This document shows, piece by piece, positions 49,126 to 58,427 of a stretch of 64,000 bases of DNA. Numbering within the stretch: position 1 is the stretch's first letter; every line of letters begins with the position of its first letter. The stretch spans positions 61,072-125,071 of the forward strand of contig JACRPM010000001.1 of the NCBI GenBank assembly GCA_016223205.1, written 5' to 3'. The position numbers and the translations under genes are program-made. This stretch comes from Candidatus Saganbacteria bacterium. GTDB taxonomy: Bacteria > Margulisbacteria > WOR-1 > XYC2-FULL-46-14 > WPAF01. The notes under the pieces are model-generated. The model did no database searches and was not told the DNA's origin. It saw only the letters and a program-made list of their open reading frames with translations.

Positions 49126-49786
49126 CCCATCGGTCTTTTTATCCGGGGATTTAGTATATTTAAGAACGCCGGATATTGAAAAAGATGTCATCAGCGGTAA
49201 ATGGCATGCTTGGCTTAACGATAAGGCTACGACCAGGTATGTGCTCCAGGGGATCTACCCGAATACTATCGAAAAACAGATTGAATTTGTGTCATCTGCT
49301 GAAAATGATAAAAGCAAAATGTTGCTTTGCATTATTGATAAGAGCAACAACAAACATATTGGGGTCATCTCATTTAGCGATATTGACCTTTTAAACAGGA
49401 AAGCCGCTATTGCTATCTTGATGGGCGATGATTCTTATCCCCCCGGGGCTCCTTTGGAAGCAATAGCATTAATGATTGAACACGGTTTTGATCGTCTAAA
49501 TCTGAATAAAATATATTCAGCACAAGTTGCCGAGCTTTGTAAATGGTCGAATCTGGCGGAATTGGTTGGCTTTAGGATTGAAGGATACGTCGAATCGGCC
49601 ATGATTAGAAACGGTCGACAGTACGATGCGATTTGTCTTGGTGTGACGGCTGAAAGGTTTTATGCCTTAAAAAGGGAGCGTGGCGGCGACATCCGTTCCA
49701 ACAATATTGAAGAGTTGATAAATAAAAGGCGGAAAGACAATCTAGCCGTTTTAATTAAGGATTATATAGCTAGTTTATATAAATAA
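49109..49786 (+). CDS. GNAT N-acyltransferase (RimJ/RimL-like; candidate PseH-type)
   Basis: WLND, HIGVISF, AIAILMG, GFDRLNLNKI and GFRIEG; start 49109. Confidence 0.78.
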   Translation: MEKHFSPSVFLSGDLVYLRTPDIEKDVISGKWHAWLNDKATTRYVLQGIYPNTIEKQIEFVSSAENDKSKMLLCIIDKSNNKHIGVISFSDIDLLNRKAAIAILMGDDSYPPGAPLEAIALMIEHGFDRLNLNKIYSAQVAELCKWSNLAELVGFRIEGYVESAMIRNGRQYDAICLGVTAERFYALKRERGGDIRSNNIEELINKRRKDNLAVLIKDYIASLYK

Positions 49787-49843
49787 TTGGCATGGGAGTG
49801 GCGAATAGGTCCGTGACCGAGAGAAAAGAAGGGGAAGGGGAAA

Positions 49844-50776
49844 ATGAATAGAAATATTATTGGAATAGAAGAAATAGCCTCATACATCCCAGAGGGAAGG
49901 ATATCCAATTATGATCGGAAAGAGCAGTTTGGCATAAACGATCATTTTATCGAAAAAAAGATTGGTGTCAAAAAGGTTGCAATCAAAGCTGCGGACGAGG
50001 AAACCTCGGATCTATGTTTTAAGGCTTTTGGGGCGTTGTCGAATAAGATAAATATTGAGAAGGGAAAAATTGATGTTGTCTGTGTAATAACGCAGAATCC
50101 AGATAGTAACATCCCTCATACCTCAGCCAAACTTCACGGCCTGCTTGATTTGCCGGAGAAATGTGCTTGTTTTGATATCTCTTTAGGTTGTTCGGGATAT
50201 GTTTACGGCCTTTCAATTATAAAATCATTTATGGATGAAAATTATTTAAGTAATGGACTGTTGTTCACGGCGGATCCTTATTCCAAAATAGTGGATAAGA
50301 ATGATAAAAATTCTTCACTACTTTTTGGGGATGCTGCGGCTGTTACCTTGATGTCCAGCAAGCCGGTCTTGAAATTAGGCCGATCATTATTTGGGACAAT
50401 TGGCAAGCAATATTCGGCCCTGACTTGCGAAAATGGCAAATTATTTATGGACGGATCAGCCATATTTGTATTTGCCGCGAAATATGTGCCCGAAGATGTC
50501 ACTGCGCTTTTGAAAATCAACTCTTTATTATTAGAGGACATTGATAGATTTATATTTCACCAGGGAAGCAAATACGTCGTTAATACGATATCGAGCAATC
50601 TGGGTTTGGATCCGGCTAGGGTGGCTTTTGATATTTACGATTATGGGAATACTGTCTCATCAAGTATCCCGATTATCTTAGAAAAGGAAATCGTTAAAAA
50701 AGAGAATAAGCGGATATTGATAAGCGGCTTTGGTGTCGGGTTGTCCTGGGCAAGCGGGATTCTAAACAGATTATAA
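49844..50776 (+). CDS. Ketoacyl-ACP synthase III-like (FabH family) 1
   Basis: DISLGCSGY, FGDAAA, FHQG and GNTVSSSIP (C-H-N triad). Confidence 0.87.
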   Translation: MNRNIIGIEEIASYIPEGRISNYDRKEQFGINDHFIEKKIGVKKVAIKAADEETSDLCFKAFGALSNKINIEKGKIDVVCVITQNPDSNIPHTSAKLHGLLDLPEKCACFDISLGCSGYVYGLSIIKSFMDENYLSNGLLFTADPYSKIVDKNDKNSSLLFGDAAAVTLMSSKPVLKLGRSLFGTIGKQYSALTCENGKLFMDGSAIFVFAAKYVPEDVTALLKINSLLLEDIDRFIFHQGSKYVVNTISSNLGLDPARVAFDIYDYGNTVSSSIPIILEKEIVKKENKRILISGFGVGLSWASGILNRL

Positions 50777-50792
50777 TAGAAGGAAAATATTA

Positions 50793-51875
50793 ATGTCAAA
50801 ATCGTTAATTAGCGGCGCAAAAATATCCGGGATAGCGGTCGTATCTGCCGATAATCTTAAGCGCATGGATGATGATATGGAATACTATAATGGGGATAAG
50901 AAGAAACTGGAAAAAGTCAAGAAAATGGTCGGGTTGGATAAAAGATATGTGGTTGATGGCCAGACTACCGCAGCGGATTTGTGCGAGTCGGCGGCTATTG
51001 CTCTTATTAATGATATGGGTGTAAATAAGGAAGAAATTGGTGCTTTAATAATGGTCACGCAAACCCCGGATTATTTTTTGCCGGCCACATCAGCGTATCT
51101 TCATGGGAAATTAAATCTCTCAAAAGATTGCGCCGCTTTTGATGTCAGCTTGGGCTGTTCGGGCTATATATACGGTTTATGGCTGGCATTTATGATGGTG
51201 GAAAATAAAAGTGCCAAAACGGTCTTATTGTTGGTGGGGGACACTATAAGCAAGCTAACCAATGCGAAAGACAAGACGGTGTCCCCTTTATTTGGTGATG
51301 CCGGTAGCGCTACCTTGATACAAAGCTGCGAGCTAGACAGGAAAACATATTTTTCATTCCATACGCTGGGGCTGAAATATGACCGGTTGATTGTCCCGGC
51401 CGGAGCTTTCCGAAAGCAGAAAAACCAAGAGACTGCTAAAGAAATATCTTATGGCGACGGGAACACGCGAAGCGCGGAAAACCTTTACATGAATGGTGCC
51501 GAGGTCTTTGATTTTACTTTGGAAGAGATACCGTTGGCTATTAAAGAGATACTTGGTTTTGCGGGCAAGACTCAAGATGAAATCGATTATTTTGTTTTCC
51601 ACCAGGCCAATAAGCATATCATTGAAAGCATCGCTGCTTTGTCCGGAGTACCTTCGGAAAAAGCTCCTTTAGTTATTTCTGAATACGGCAATTTAAGCTC
51701 TGTTTCTATCCCGGCCACAATATGCGGAGCAATGAGGCAAGACTTGACCGGGCCTAATAAGAATGTGCTTATGTCCGGCTTTGGGGTCGGCTTGTCTTGG
51801 GGGACGTGTTTGTTGGGCCTAAAAGATATTTATTGCCCGGAAATTGGATTTTATAAAGGAGGGAATCATGACTAA
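50793..51875 (+). CDS. Ketoacyl-ACP synthase III-like (FabH family) 2
   Basis: DVSLGCSGY, FGDAGSA, FHQAN and GNLSSVSIP. Confidence 0.87.
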   Translation: MSKSLISGAKISGIAVVSADNLKRMDDDMEYYNGDKKKLEKVKKMVGLDKRYVVDGQTTAADLCESAAIALINDMGVNKEEIGALIMVTQTPDYFLPATSAYLHGKLNLSKDCAAFDVSLGCSGYIYGLWLAFMMVENKSAKTVLLLVGDTISKLTNAKDKTVSPLFGDAGSATLIQSCELDRKTYFSFHTLGLKYDRLIVPAGAFRKQKNQETAKEISYGDGNTRSAENLYMNGAEVFDFTLEEIPLAIKEILGFAGKTQDEIDYFVFHQANKHIIESIAALSGVPSEKAPLVISEYGNLSSVSIPATICGAMRQDLTGPNKNVLMSGFGVGLSWGTCLLGLKDIYCPEIGFYKGGNHD

Positions 51876-52095
51876 GGAAGAATTGATGGGGAGGATCAAG
51901 GAGCTCATGCAGAGGGATGATACGCTCTCCCAGGAAATGATCTTGCAGGAAATCCCAGAGTGGGATTCTCTGACCGTCATGTCGATGGTCGCCGCCTATA
52001 ACAAGTTGTTTGGCATTAAATTAACGGCCCGTGCTGTAATGGATTGTAAAACCGTTGCCGATTTAATTGGCTTAGCCGGGGATAAGGTTAGTTAA
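51868..52095 (+). CDS. Acyl carrier protein
   Basis: 75-aa protein with WDSL phosphopantetheine serine and TVADL; SD AAGGAGG. Confidence 0.85.
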   Translation: MTKEELMGRIKELMQRDDTLSQEMILQEIPEWDSLTVMSMVAAYNKLFGIKLTARAVMDCKTVADLIGLAGDKVS

Positions 52096-52098
52096 CAA

Positions 52099-52857
52099 AT
52101 GATAGAGTTTAAAAACGATGAAACCTTTATTGTCATTGGGGCAAGTTCGGGGATAGGCAAGGCAATTGCCCTGCGCATCAACGAGTTGGGCGGAGGGGTC
52201 GTTGGCGTCGCTCGGAACGCCACTAGATTAGAAGAGGTAAGGCAGACCTCAAGGTTTCCACAAAGATTCTTTGTTGAAGATAGAGATCTCACTATTGATA
52301 TGGACAAATTGCCGGAATGGATGCTTGGCCTTTCTAAAAAACACGGCCGATTTAAGGGGCTGGTTTTATCTGCCGGTATTCAGCAGACGATCCCGCTCAA
52401 GGGCCTCGATATTGAGGAAGCTAAAAAGTTATTTGATATAAACTATTTCTCCGGCATAGCTATATCGAAGGGGTTTTGTGATAGGCGGGTTAATTTTGGC
52501 AAGGGCAGTTCTATTATTATGATCTCATCGATAGCATCACTCAAGGGAACCGGAGGCCTTATAAATTATAGCGCTTCGAAGGGAGCTCTAAATTCGGCTA
52601 TCAAATCTATGGCAGTTGAGGTTGCGAAAGATGGCATAAGAGCTAATACTGTATTGCCGGGCTTTGTTATGACGGAAATGATCAAAGACTGGCGAGAAAC
52701 ATATAGTGAGGCATATATTGATGAAATGGAACATAAATATCCCTTAGGGATCGGAAAGCCAGAGGACTTGACCGGGATTGTTTGTTTTCTGCTGTCTGAT
52801 GATTCTCGATGGATCACCGGCCAAAATATAGTTGTTGATGGTGGGGGGAGTTTGTAG
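52099..52857 (+). CDS. SDR oxidoreductase (FabG-like)
   Basis: GASSGIG, YSASKGA and ITGQNIVVDGG. Confidence 0.87.
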   Translation: MIEFKNDETFIVIGASSGIGKAIALRINELGGGVVGVARNATRLEEVRQTSRFPQRFFVEDRDLTIDMDKLPEWMLGLSKKHGRFKGLVLSAGIQQTIPLKGLDIEEAKKLFDINYFSGIAISKGFCDRRVNFGKGSSIIMISSIASLKGTGGLINYSASKGALNSAIKSMAVEVAKDGIRANTVLPGFVMTEMIKDWRETYSEAYIDEMEHKYPLGIGKPEDLTGIVCFLLSDDSRWITGQNIVVDGGGSL

Positions 52858-52894
52858 TGCCGGGTGCTCATTGTGTAATGGAAGGGAAATAATA

Positions 52895-54388
52895 ATGGCG
52901 ATCAGCGAAAAGAATATAAAAAATATATTGATCTATGCCGCGCCGAATTTAGTCGGGTATCTGATCTCTGTGTTTACCATGCCGATCATGACCCGGCTCC
53001 TGATACCGTCCGATTACGGGATCATTGCCATGGCTGGTATTTTTCCCGCCATTGCCCTGGGGGTGCTGACCTTCGGCTTGTCGAGCGCCACACAGAGGTA
53101 TTATTTTGAGTACTATAAGGACAAGAAAAAACTTGACGCGCTGATGATCTCATCCCAGCTCTGCCTATTTTTCATGTTTGCGCTTTCAATCGTTCCGATC
53201 TATCTTTTTAAGGATTTTATCGCGGGACGGATCATAGGCAGTCCCGTTTACGGCAATGCCCAGTTTGTTTGTTATCTGGCGACCTTTTTGGCTTACATGA
53301 ATAACCTTTACCTGCTAATTTATCAGAACATGCAGCGGGCCAAGGAATATGCCATGTATATCCTTATGCAAATGTTGATCACTTCTTTTGCGGGCCTGAT
53401 CTATATCTGGTTTTTTAAAATGGCCTACATGGGGCCGCTCTACGGATCTCTGACCGCTTCGGTCTTGGTTTTCCTGGTCCTGTTATTCCGGTTCAACCGC
53501 GAGTATGTTTTTAGATATGATTTCGGGTTGTTATGGGAAAGCATCAAATACGGCCTGCAACTCGTTCCACAATCGTTTACCGGGTTGATCTCGCGTTTTT
53601 TTGATAAATACATGCTAAGCAGTTTGCTGTCGCTTTCCGCTGTTGGTATTTACAATATCGGGCAAAATATCGGCCAGCTTTTATTTACTTTAATGGTGGC
53701 GGTCTGGAACTCATTTCAGCCGGTATTCTTTAAGGAGATCTTTGATAACGGCCCCGGTGCCGCCCGGTCGATCGGGAGGATGGTCACGGTGTTTTCTTAT
53801 CTCACTTTGGCCCCGATCGTGCTGGTTGTACTTTATGCAAAAGAGATCATATTTATTATGGCTCCACCGAGTTATTACCACGCGGTGCCGGTGATCATTA
53901 TTATTGCCTGCGCTTATGCGACCAATGTCTTCGGTTGTTTTGTCGGACTGCAATATGTTTATACCAAGAAGACTTACCTGCTCTTTCCTTTATCTATTTT
54001 TGGAACGATCGCCAATGTCGGCTTTAACCTTATCTTGATCCCGAGGTACGGTCTGGCGGGCGGCGCGGCTTCAACCTTCTTTAGCTACCTGGTCATTAAC
54101 GGGATCGTTTCGATCATTGGCCAGAGGTTATATAAGTTCGAATACGAATGGCGCGCATTGTCGCTGATGTTCCTTAATGTTTTCGTTCCCGCGGGTTTAT
54201 TACTTTATCTGCCAAAGGTCAATTGCCCGCTTTTGGTGCTCTATTTGATCAAGCTGGCTTTCCTGGGCTCGTTTGTTTATATCGGTTACCAGAGCAATCT
54301 CCTGACCAGAGGCAAATATGAGATGATCTTAAAAATGTTTTTGAAAAGGAGGAAGCCAAAGCTCGTTGAGGCAACAGAAATTTTGTAG
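52895..54388 (+). CDS. Oligosaccharide flippase (Wzx-like)
   Basis: About 14 TM segments, MTRLLIPSDYG, DKYML, VGIYNIG and LIPRYGLAGGA; start 52895. Confidence 0.87.
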   Translation: MAISEKNIKNILIYAAPNLVGYLISVFTMPIMTRLLIPSDYGIIAMAGIFPAIALGVLTFGLSSATQRYYFEYYKDKKKLDALMISSQLCLFFMFALSIVPIYLFKDFIAGRIIGSPVYGNAQFVCYLATFLAYMNNLYLLIYQNMQRAKEYAMYILMQMLITSFAGLIYIWFFKMAYMGPLYGSLTASVLVFLVLLFRFNREYVFRYDFGLLWESIKYGLQLVPQSFTGLISRFFDKYMLSSLLSLSAVGIYNIGQNIGQLLFTLMVAVWNSFQPVFFKEIFDNGPGAARSIGRMVTVFSYLTLAPIVLVVLYAKEIIFIMAPPSYYHAVPVIIIIACAYATNVFGCFVGLQYVYTKKTYLLFPLSIFGTIANVGFNLILIPRYGLAGGAASTFFSYLVINGIVSIIGQRLYKFEYEWRALSLMFLNVFVPAGLLLYLPKVNCPLLVLYLIKLAFLGSFVYIGYQSNLLTRGKYEMILKMFLKRRKPKLVEATEIL

Positions 54389-54429
54389 TTAAATGCGTGT
54401 ATCGATGATATAAAAAAAAGGGGGAAAAA

Positions 54430-56361
54430 ATGAAAGTTTTAATTGGTAAGGGGCAAAGCGATAGGTCAGGTTTGCAGGAGGTTTGCCGGTTCCGGACCGG
54501 TGAGAGCCTTTGCCTGGATGCGAAAAACGCCCAGTTTATTCTCGAGTTATCGGCTGGCGTGAAAATATATTTGTTCGGGGAGGTGTTTTATCATATCAAG
54601 CGAAATGGCTCGATCAAATTGATCGGGGAAGCGGGCGGCGCCTATCTGCGCCGGCTATTCTTAGAAAACGAGCTGACAGAGATCATTCCCACGCTGGAAG
54701 GTCAATATGTCGGGGTACTGGTCGACCAATCTTCAGGCAAGGTTAAATTCTTCAGCGATCGTTACGCCCGTCTGGATTGTTTTTATGCCGCGGACCGGGA
54801 CGGATTCTATCTTTCAACCGAACTTGACTTCATCTTTCAGTGGATCAAGGCGGAATACGACCAGTTGATGCTGGCCAATTTCTTTTCTGTTTACGGTTAC
54901 TATGCTCCCAAAGGGATGACGATCTATTCAAATGTGAAGGAACTGCGGGTGGGAGAAGCCCTTACCCTGCGGGGGTTGACGGCCAGCAGTGAGACCCTTC
55001 CTTTTAAACCCCTGCCGATCGAGGAATACGGCGATAAGGATTTAGAAACTTATTATAAGCTCTTGCGGGAATCAATTGTTGCCCGGGCCAATAAAAAAGG
55101 AAAGGTCTGGGTCTCCAGCTCCAGCGGGTGGGATTCCTCGACTATCTTGGGCGTTCTGGTCAATGAGCTCGGCAGCAAGAACGTCGGCATGATCACGACT
55201 AGCGTTCAATATTCCAAGGCGACAAAAGTGATCAATCAGTTCGAAACCGATAAGGTTCGCAAGATCGGTAAATTCTACGGGATCAAACCGGAACTGGTCG
55301 ACCTTGATTATTCGAAAAAAGGGCCTGCCTTATACGATGGCAAGCTCCTCAATCACTTTAGATCAAGGCATATCTACTCTTTTTCCGCCTATAACGCCAT
55401 GGGGCTTTCCGGCCGATTAAAGCAACTGGGAACGCCCGAAGGGATGATCGTCTTCAATGGGGAAACTTCCGACTCCTTCCATAATTTTGGTTTTTCCCAA
55501 TTTGCGACTTTCTTTCACAGCCAAAAACCCTTTACCGAATACGCCGATAAAATGAATTGTTATTTATATGGCCCTTCATTTTTGAAAAAAGTATTGGACG
55601 GCAGTTATAACAAAGACAAGGTTTTCCAGATCTTTCGGGCAATGGTGGGGGCGGTTGAGTTCGCTTCTGGCTTCAAAACAAGAAAAGAGCTGCTCAACGC
55701 GTGGCTTATGCCGCTGTTCTACGGTTCCCCACGAATACCTTTTGCCCAAACCATCAATAACCCTTTGCTGAACGAAAAAGGCCGGCGGAAGATATATGAC
55801 TATCCTTTTGGCGAATACCTGCCCGAAGCCCTGGAAAATTTATCGGAAAAGAATGTTTATGCCTGGCTGATCTATCTTTATCACAGTTTTCATTCCCAGG
55901 GCTCTACCGTCAATGCTCCCAAACACGCCCTGGAATTTAACGGCCATCGCTGGCGCATGCCTTACAATGATTACCGGTTGATAGGCTTCCTTTCCAAGGC
56001 CCCTGAAAGTTGGGGGCGGGGGTTGGACCTTAATCACACCAAATATCCGCTTAAGTGGGTAGCCCGCAATAAATTGAAATTCCCCTATGAGATACTTGAT
56101 GAGGGGCCGCATTCGTATCTTTACGATGTGATCGAAGGGGTCTCTTTAGGGGCGGAATTATGTTATCGCTCGGGCTGTACCCCCCTGTTTAAAGAAGTAT
56201 TGAGCAGAAGGGAATACCGGCGGATATTGACCGACCGCTATTTTGACCTCAAATATCTGGATAAACTGGTTTCAGATTATCTTGAAGGCCGAGAGGCAAG
56301 GGGGGGGGATTTCAATAACCTCGTTTCTCTAATTGTGCTGTCGGTGACAGGCTGGTATTGA
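54430..56361 (+). CDS. Asparagine-synthetase-related ATP-dependent amide ligase lacking the N-terminal Cys
   Basis: AsnB-like SDRYARLDCFY..FYLSTE and PP-loop SSGWDSS; the N-terminus is MKVLIG, not MCG. Confidence 0.7.
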   Translation: MKVLIGKGQSDRSGLQEVCRFRTGESLCLDAKNAQFILELSAGVKIYLFGEVFYHIKRNGSIKLIGEAGGAYLRRLFLENELTEIIPTLEGQYVGVLVDQSSGKVKFFSDRYARLDCFYAADRDGFYLSTELDFIFQWIKAEYDQLMLANFFSVYGYYAPKGMTIYSNVKELRVGEALTLRGLTASSETLPFKPLPIEEYGDKDLETYYKLLRESIVARANKKGKVWVSSSSGWDSSTILGVLVNELGSKNVGMITTSVQYSKATKVINQFETDKVRKIGKFYGIKPELVDLDYSKKGPALYDGKLLNHFRSRHIYSFSAYNAMGLSGRLKQLGTPEGMIVFNGETSDSFHNFGFSQFATFFHSQKPFTEYADKMNCYLYGPSFLKKVLDGSYNKDKVFQIFRAMVGAVEFASGFKTRKELLNAWLMPLFYGSPRIPFAQTINNPLLNEKGRRKIYDYPFGEYLPEALENLSEKNVYAWLIYLYHSFHSQGSTVNAPKHALEFNGHRWRMPYNDYRLIGFLSKAPESWGRGLDLNHTKYPLKWVARNKLKFPYEILDEGPHSYLYDVIEGVSLGAELCYRSGCTPLFKEVLSRREYRRILTDRYFDLKYLDKLVSDYLEGREARGGDFNNLVSLIVLSVTGWY

Positions 56362-56367
56362 TAGGGA

Positions 56368-58341
56368 ATGAAAAGAACAGATATCTATCAAGAACTCGGG
56401 GTACTTCAGCTTTTCCTATCGGCGGCTGCCGGGAAGAGGCCTTCGTACTTTGAGTTGACGCCGTTCGCGGCACGTTTAATCCGTTTTATGCCGGAGCGTC
56501 TTCGCCCGGACCGGTTCCCCTTTTCGTTTGGGGAAGTTAAGGATGAAAAGGACCACGCCCTTTATCCGTTGATCTTTGGGGATATTAATCTGCTTTGCCG
56601 GGAGATATTCGATAGAGAGACCGAAAAAGCGCCTTTCTTTAAAGAATTGAGCGGGATTTATCCGTCTGATAAGCTCAGGGTCTTCTTTAAGAAAGTGATC
56701 CACAAAGAAATAACCAAACCTGTTATCTATATTAATATTCTTAAATGGGCGAAGGAAGAAGGGGTGTTCCATAGTAAAAACAGCAAATATCTCAGTTCGT
56801 TGCGGGCTTACGGGAAGAAAAAGGGGATAATAGTAGCCGCTAATTATTTTGGCGCCATGGACATATTGCTTGATCTGGCAAAGGCCTTGTTTGCATTTAT
56901 GGTTTTTCCTTTAGCAAAGATTAAAAGATTAAATGTCAGTCGGCGTTGCCGGCAGGAAAAACCGATCATTGCTTCCCCTTATACGGCGAGGGAAATCACG
57001 TTTGACCGTTCGTATCGCAGCGATATTTTCTGGCTGCTGGATGCAACTATCCCTTATGATCAAGTCTTGATCCAGTTTGAGCGCAAAGATGTCCCGGCTA
57101 ATCCGAAAATGGTCAGCCAGTTAGAAGAAAAAGGGATCAAGGTGATAGCTTTATCTCCAAAAGCGAGTAAGGCCGATATCCCAGTGTGGCGTCCGACCTT
57201 TGAATTCTTTAAAACCCTGGGGAAACGCAACTTGATGACGGCAAAGGCGCTGTTTTTGGCCACCTTCAGGTTTGATCTCAAATGGACCGGTTTTACGTTT
57301 GAGATCGTAATGCTGAATAATATGTTCGCTTTTTGGTACGATTATTTCAAAACGCTGAACATAAAAATATATTTCTCGCACACAGATGTGGTGGGGGAAT
57401 ATAATATTGCTTTGCATCTGGCGTTGCGGGAAGCGGGCGGCGTCAGCTTAAGCCATCAATGGTCAAACCTGGAAAATGCTACGCATGCCTATATGGGATC
57501 GTCCGCAGACATATATTTCTCTTTTGGCCCGCGCTACCGGAACAACCTTGTCAATTATTCCGTGGATTCGCTGATCTATTGCGGTTATATCACTGACCAT
57601 GCCTTTGCCCCGGTTAAAGAGAGAAGCGAGAGATTAAGAAATAATTTGAGGGCGAAAGGGGCCAAATTCATCGTTGCCTTCTTCGATGAAAATTCATCCG
57701 ATGATCCGCTTTCGGTGATTACTAATCATAAATCGGCTGATACTTATCGGAAATTCTTTGAGCTGGTACTGTCCGAGCCGTCGATCGGATTGGTCTGCAA
57801 GCCGGGTTATCCCCGGACGCTTCGACGGAGGATAGCGGAAGTATCCGCTCTCTGGGATAAAGCGGTCACCACCGGCCGTTGCGTGTTCCTTGACGACGGA
57901 GACTATATTACTCGCCAGTATCCGACAGAAGCGGCGCAAGCCGCTGATCTTTCCGTGAATATGCTCCTTTCCGGTACGGCGGCGCTGGAAGCTTATCTTT
58001 CCGGCAGTCCGGTCATTTATCTCGACCTGGAAGGATTGTCTTTAGCCGATGAATATAAATATCCCGGTCTGGTTTACGACAACCTTGACCGGCTAGTGCG
58101 CGATATAGTTATTTATTCCCGGGAGGGAGGGCAGGCCGGATTGCGTTCTATTGATGCTCTGATCGACGCAAAAGATCCGTTCCGCGACGGCCGCGCCGCC
58201 GCAAGGATCGGCTCATACCTGAAATGGCTTTTGGAGAAATATAACGCTGGTGCTTCTCCCGAAGCGGCCATTGGATCTGCGGACAAGAATTATCGGGATA
58301 TCTGGGGGAATGACATGGTGGTTAAGGGGTTTATGTCATGA
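56368..58341 (+). CDS. Large GT-B-like surface-polysaccharide protein (putative ulosonic-acid transferase)
   Basis: Locus context; C-terminal CKPG and GTAALEAYLSGSPVIY resemble the GT-B nucleotide-binding lobe. Confidence 0.5.
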   Translation: MKRTDIYQELGVLQLFLSAAAGKRPSYFELTPFAARLIRFMPERLRPDRFPFSFGEVKDEKDHALYPLIFGDINLLCREIFDRETEKAPFFKELSGIYPSDKLRVFFKKVIHKEITKPVIYINILKWAKEEGVFHSKNSKYLSSLRAYGKKKGIIVAANYFGAMDILLDLAKALFAFMVFPLAKIKRLNVSRRCRQEKPIIASPYTAREITFDRSYRSDIFWLLDATIPYDQVLIQFERKDVPANPKMVSQLEEKGIKVIALSPKASKADIPVWRPTFEFFKTLGKRNLMTAKALFLATFRFDLKWTGFTFEIVMLNNMFAFWYDYFKTLNIKIYFSHTDVVGEYNIALHLALREAGGVSLSHQWSNLENATHAYMGSSADIYFSFGPRYRNNLVNYSVDSLIYCGYITDHAFAPVKERSERLRNNLRAKGAKFIVAFFDENSSDDPLSVITNHKSADTYRKFFELVLSEPSIGLVCKPGYPRTLRRRIAEVSALWDKAVTTGRCVFLDDGDYITRQYPTEAAQAADLSVNMLLSGTAALEAYLSGSPVIYLDLEGLSLADEYKYPGLVYDNLDRLVRDIVIYSREGGQAGLRSIDALIDAKDPFRDGRAAARIGSYLKWLLEKYNAGASPEAAIGSADKNYRDIWGNDMVVKGFMS

Positions 58342-58427
58342 GCGGAATATTGGGGAACAGCAACGATCGTGTTTTATCCAAAAATATGGAGAGGGGTGAC
58401 GCTCTTCCGGCGCTCGCTCAAGTATGA
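58338..58427 (+). CDS. 29-aa bridging mini-ORF (possible translational coupler)
   Basis: ATGA overlap with the upstream stop (58338-58341) and with the downstream start (58424-58427). Confidence 0.35.
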   Translation: MSGILGNSNDRVLSKNMERGDALPALAQV

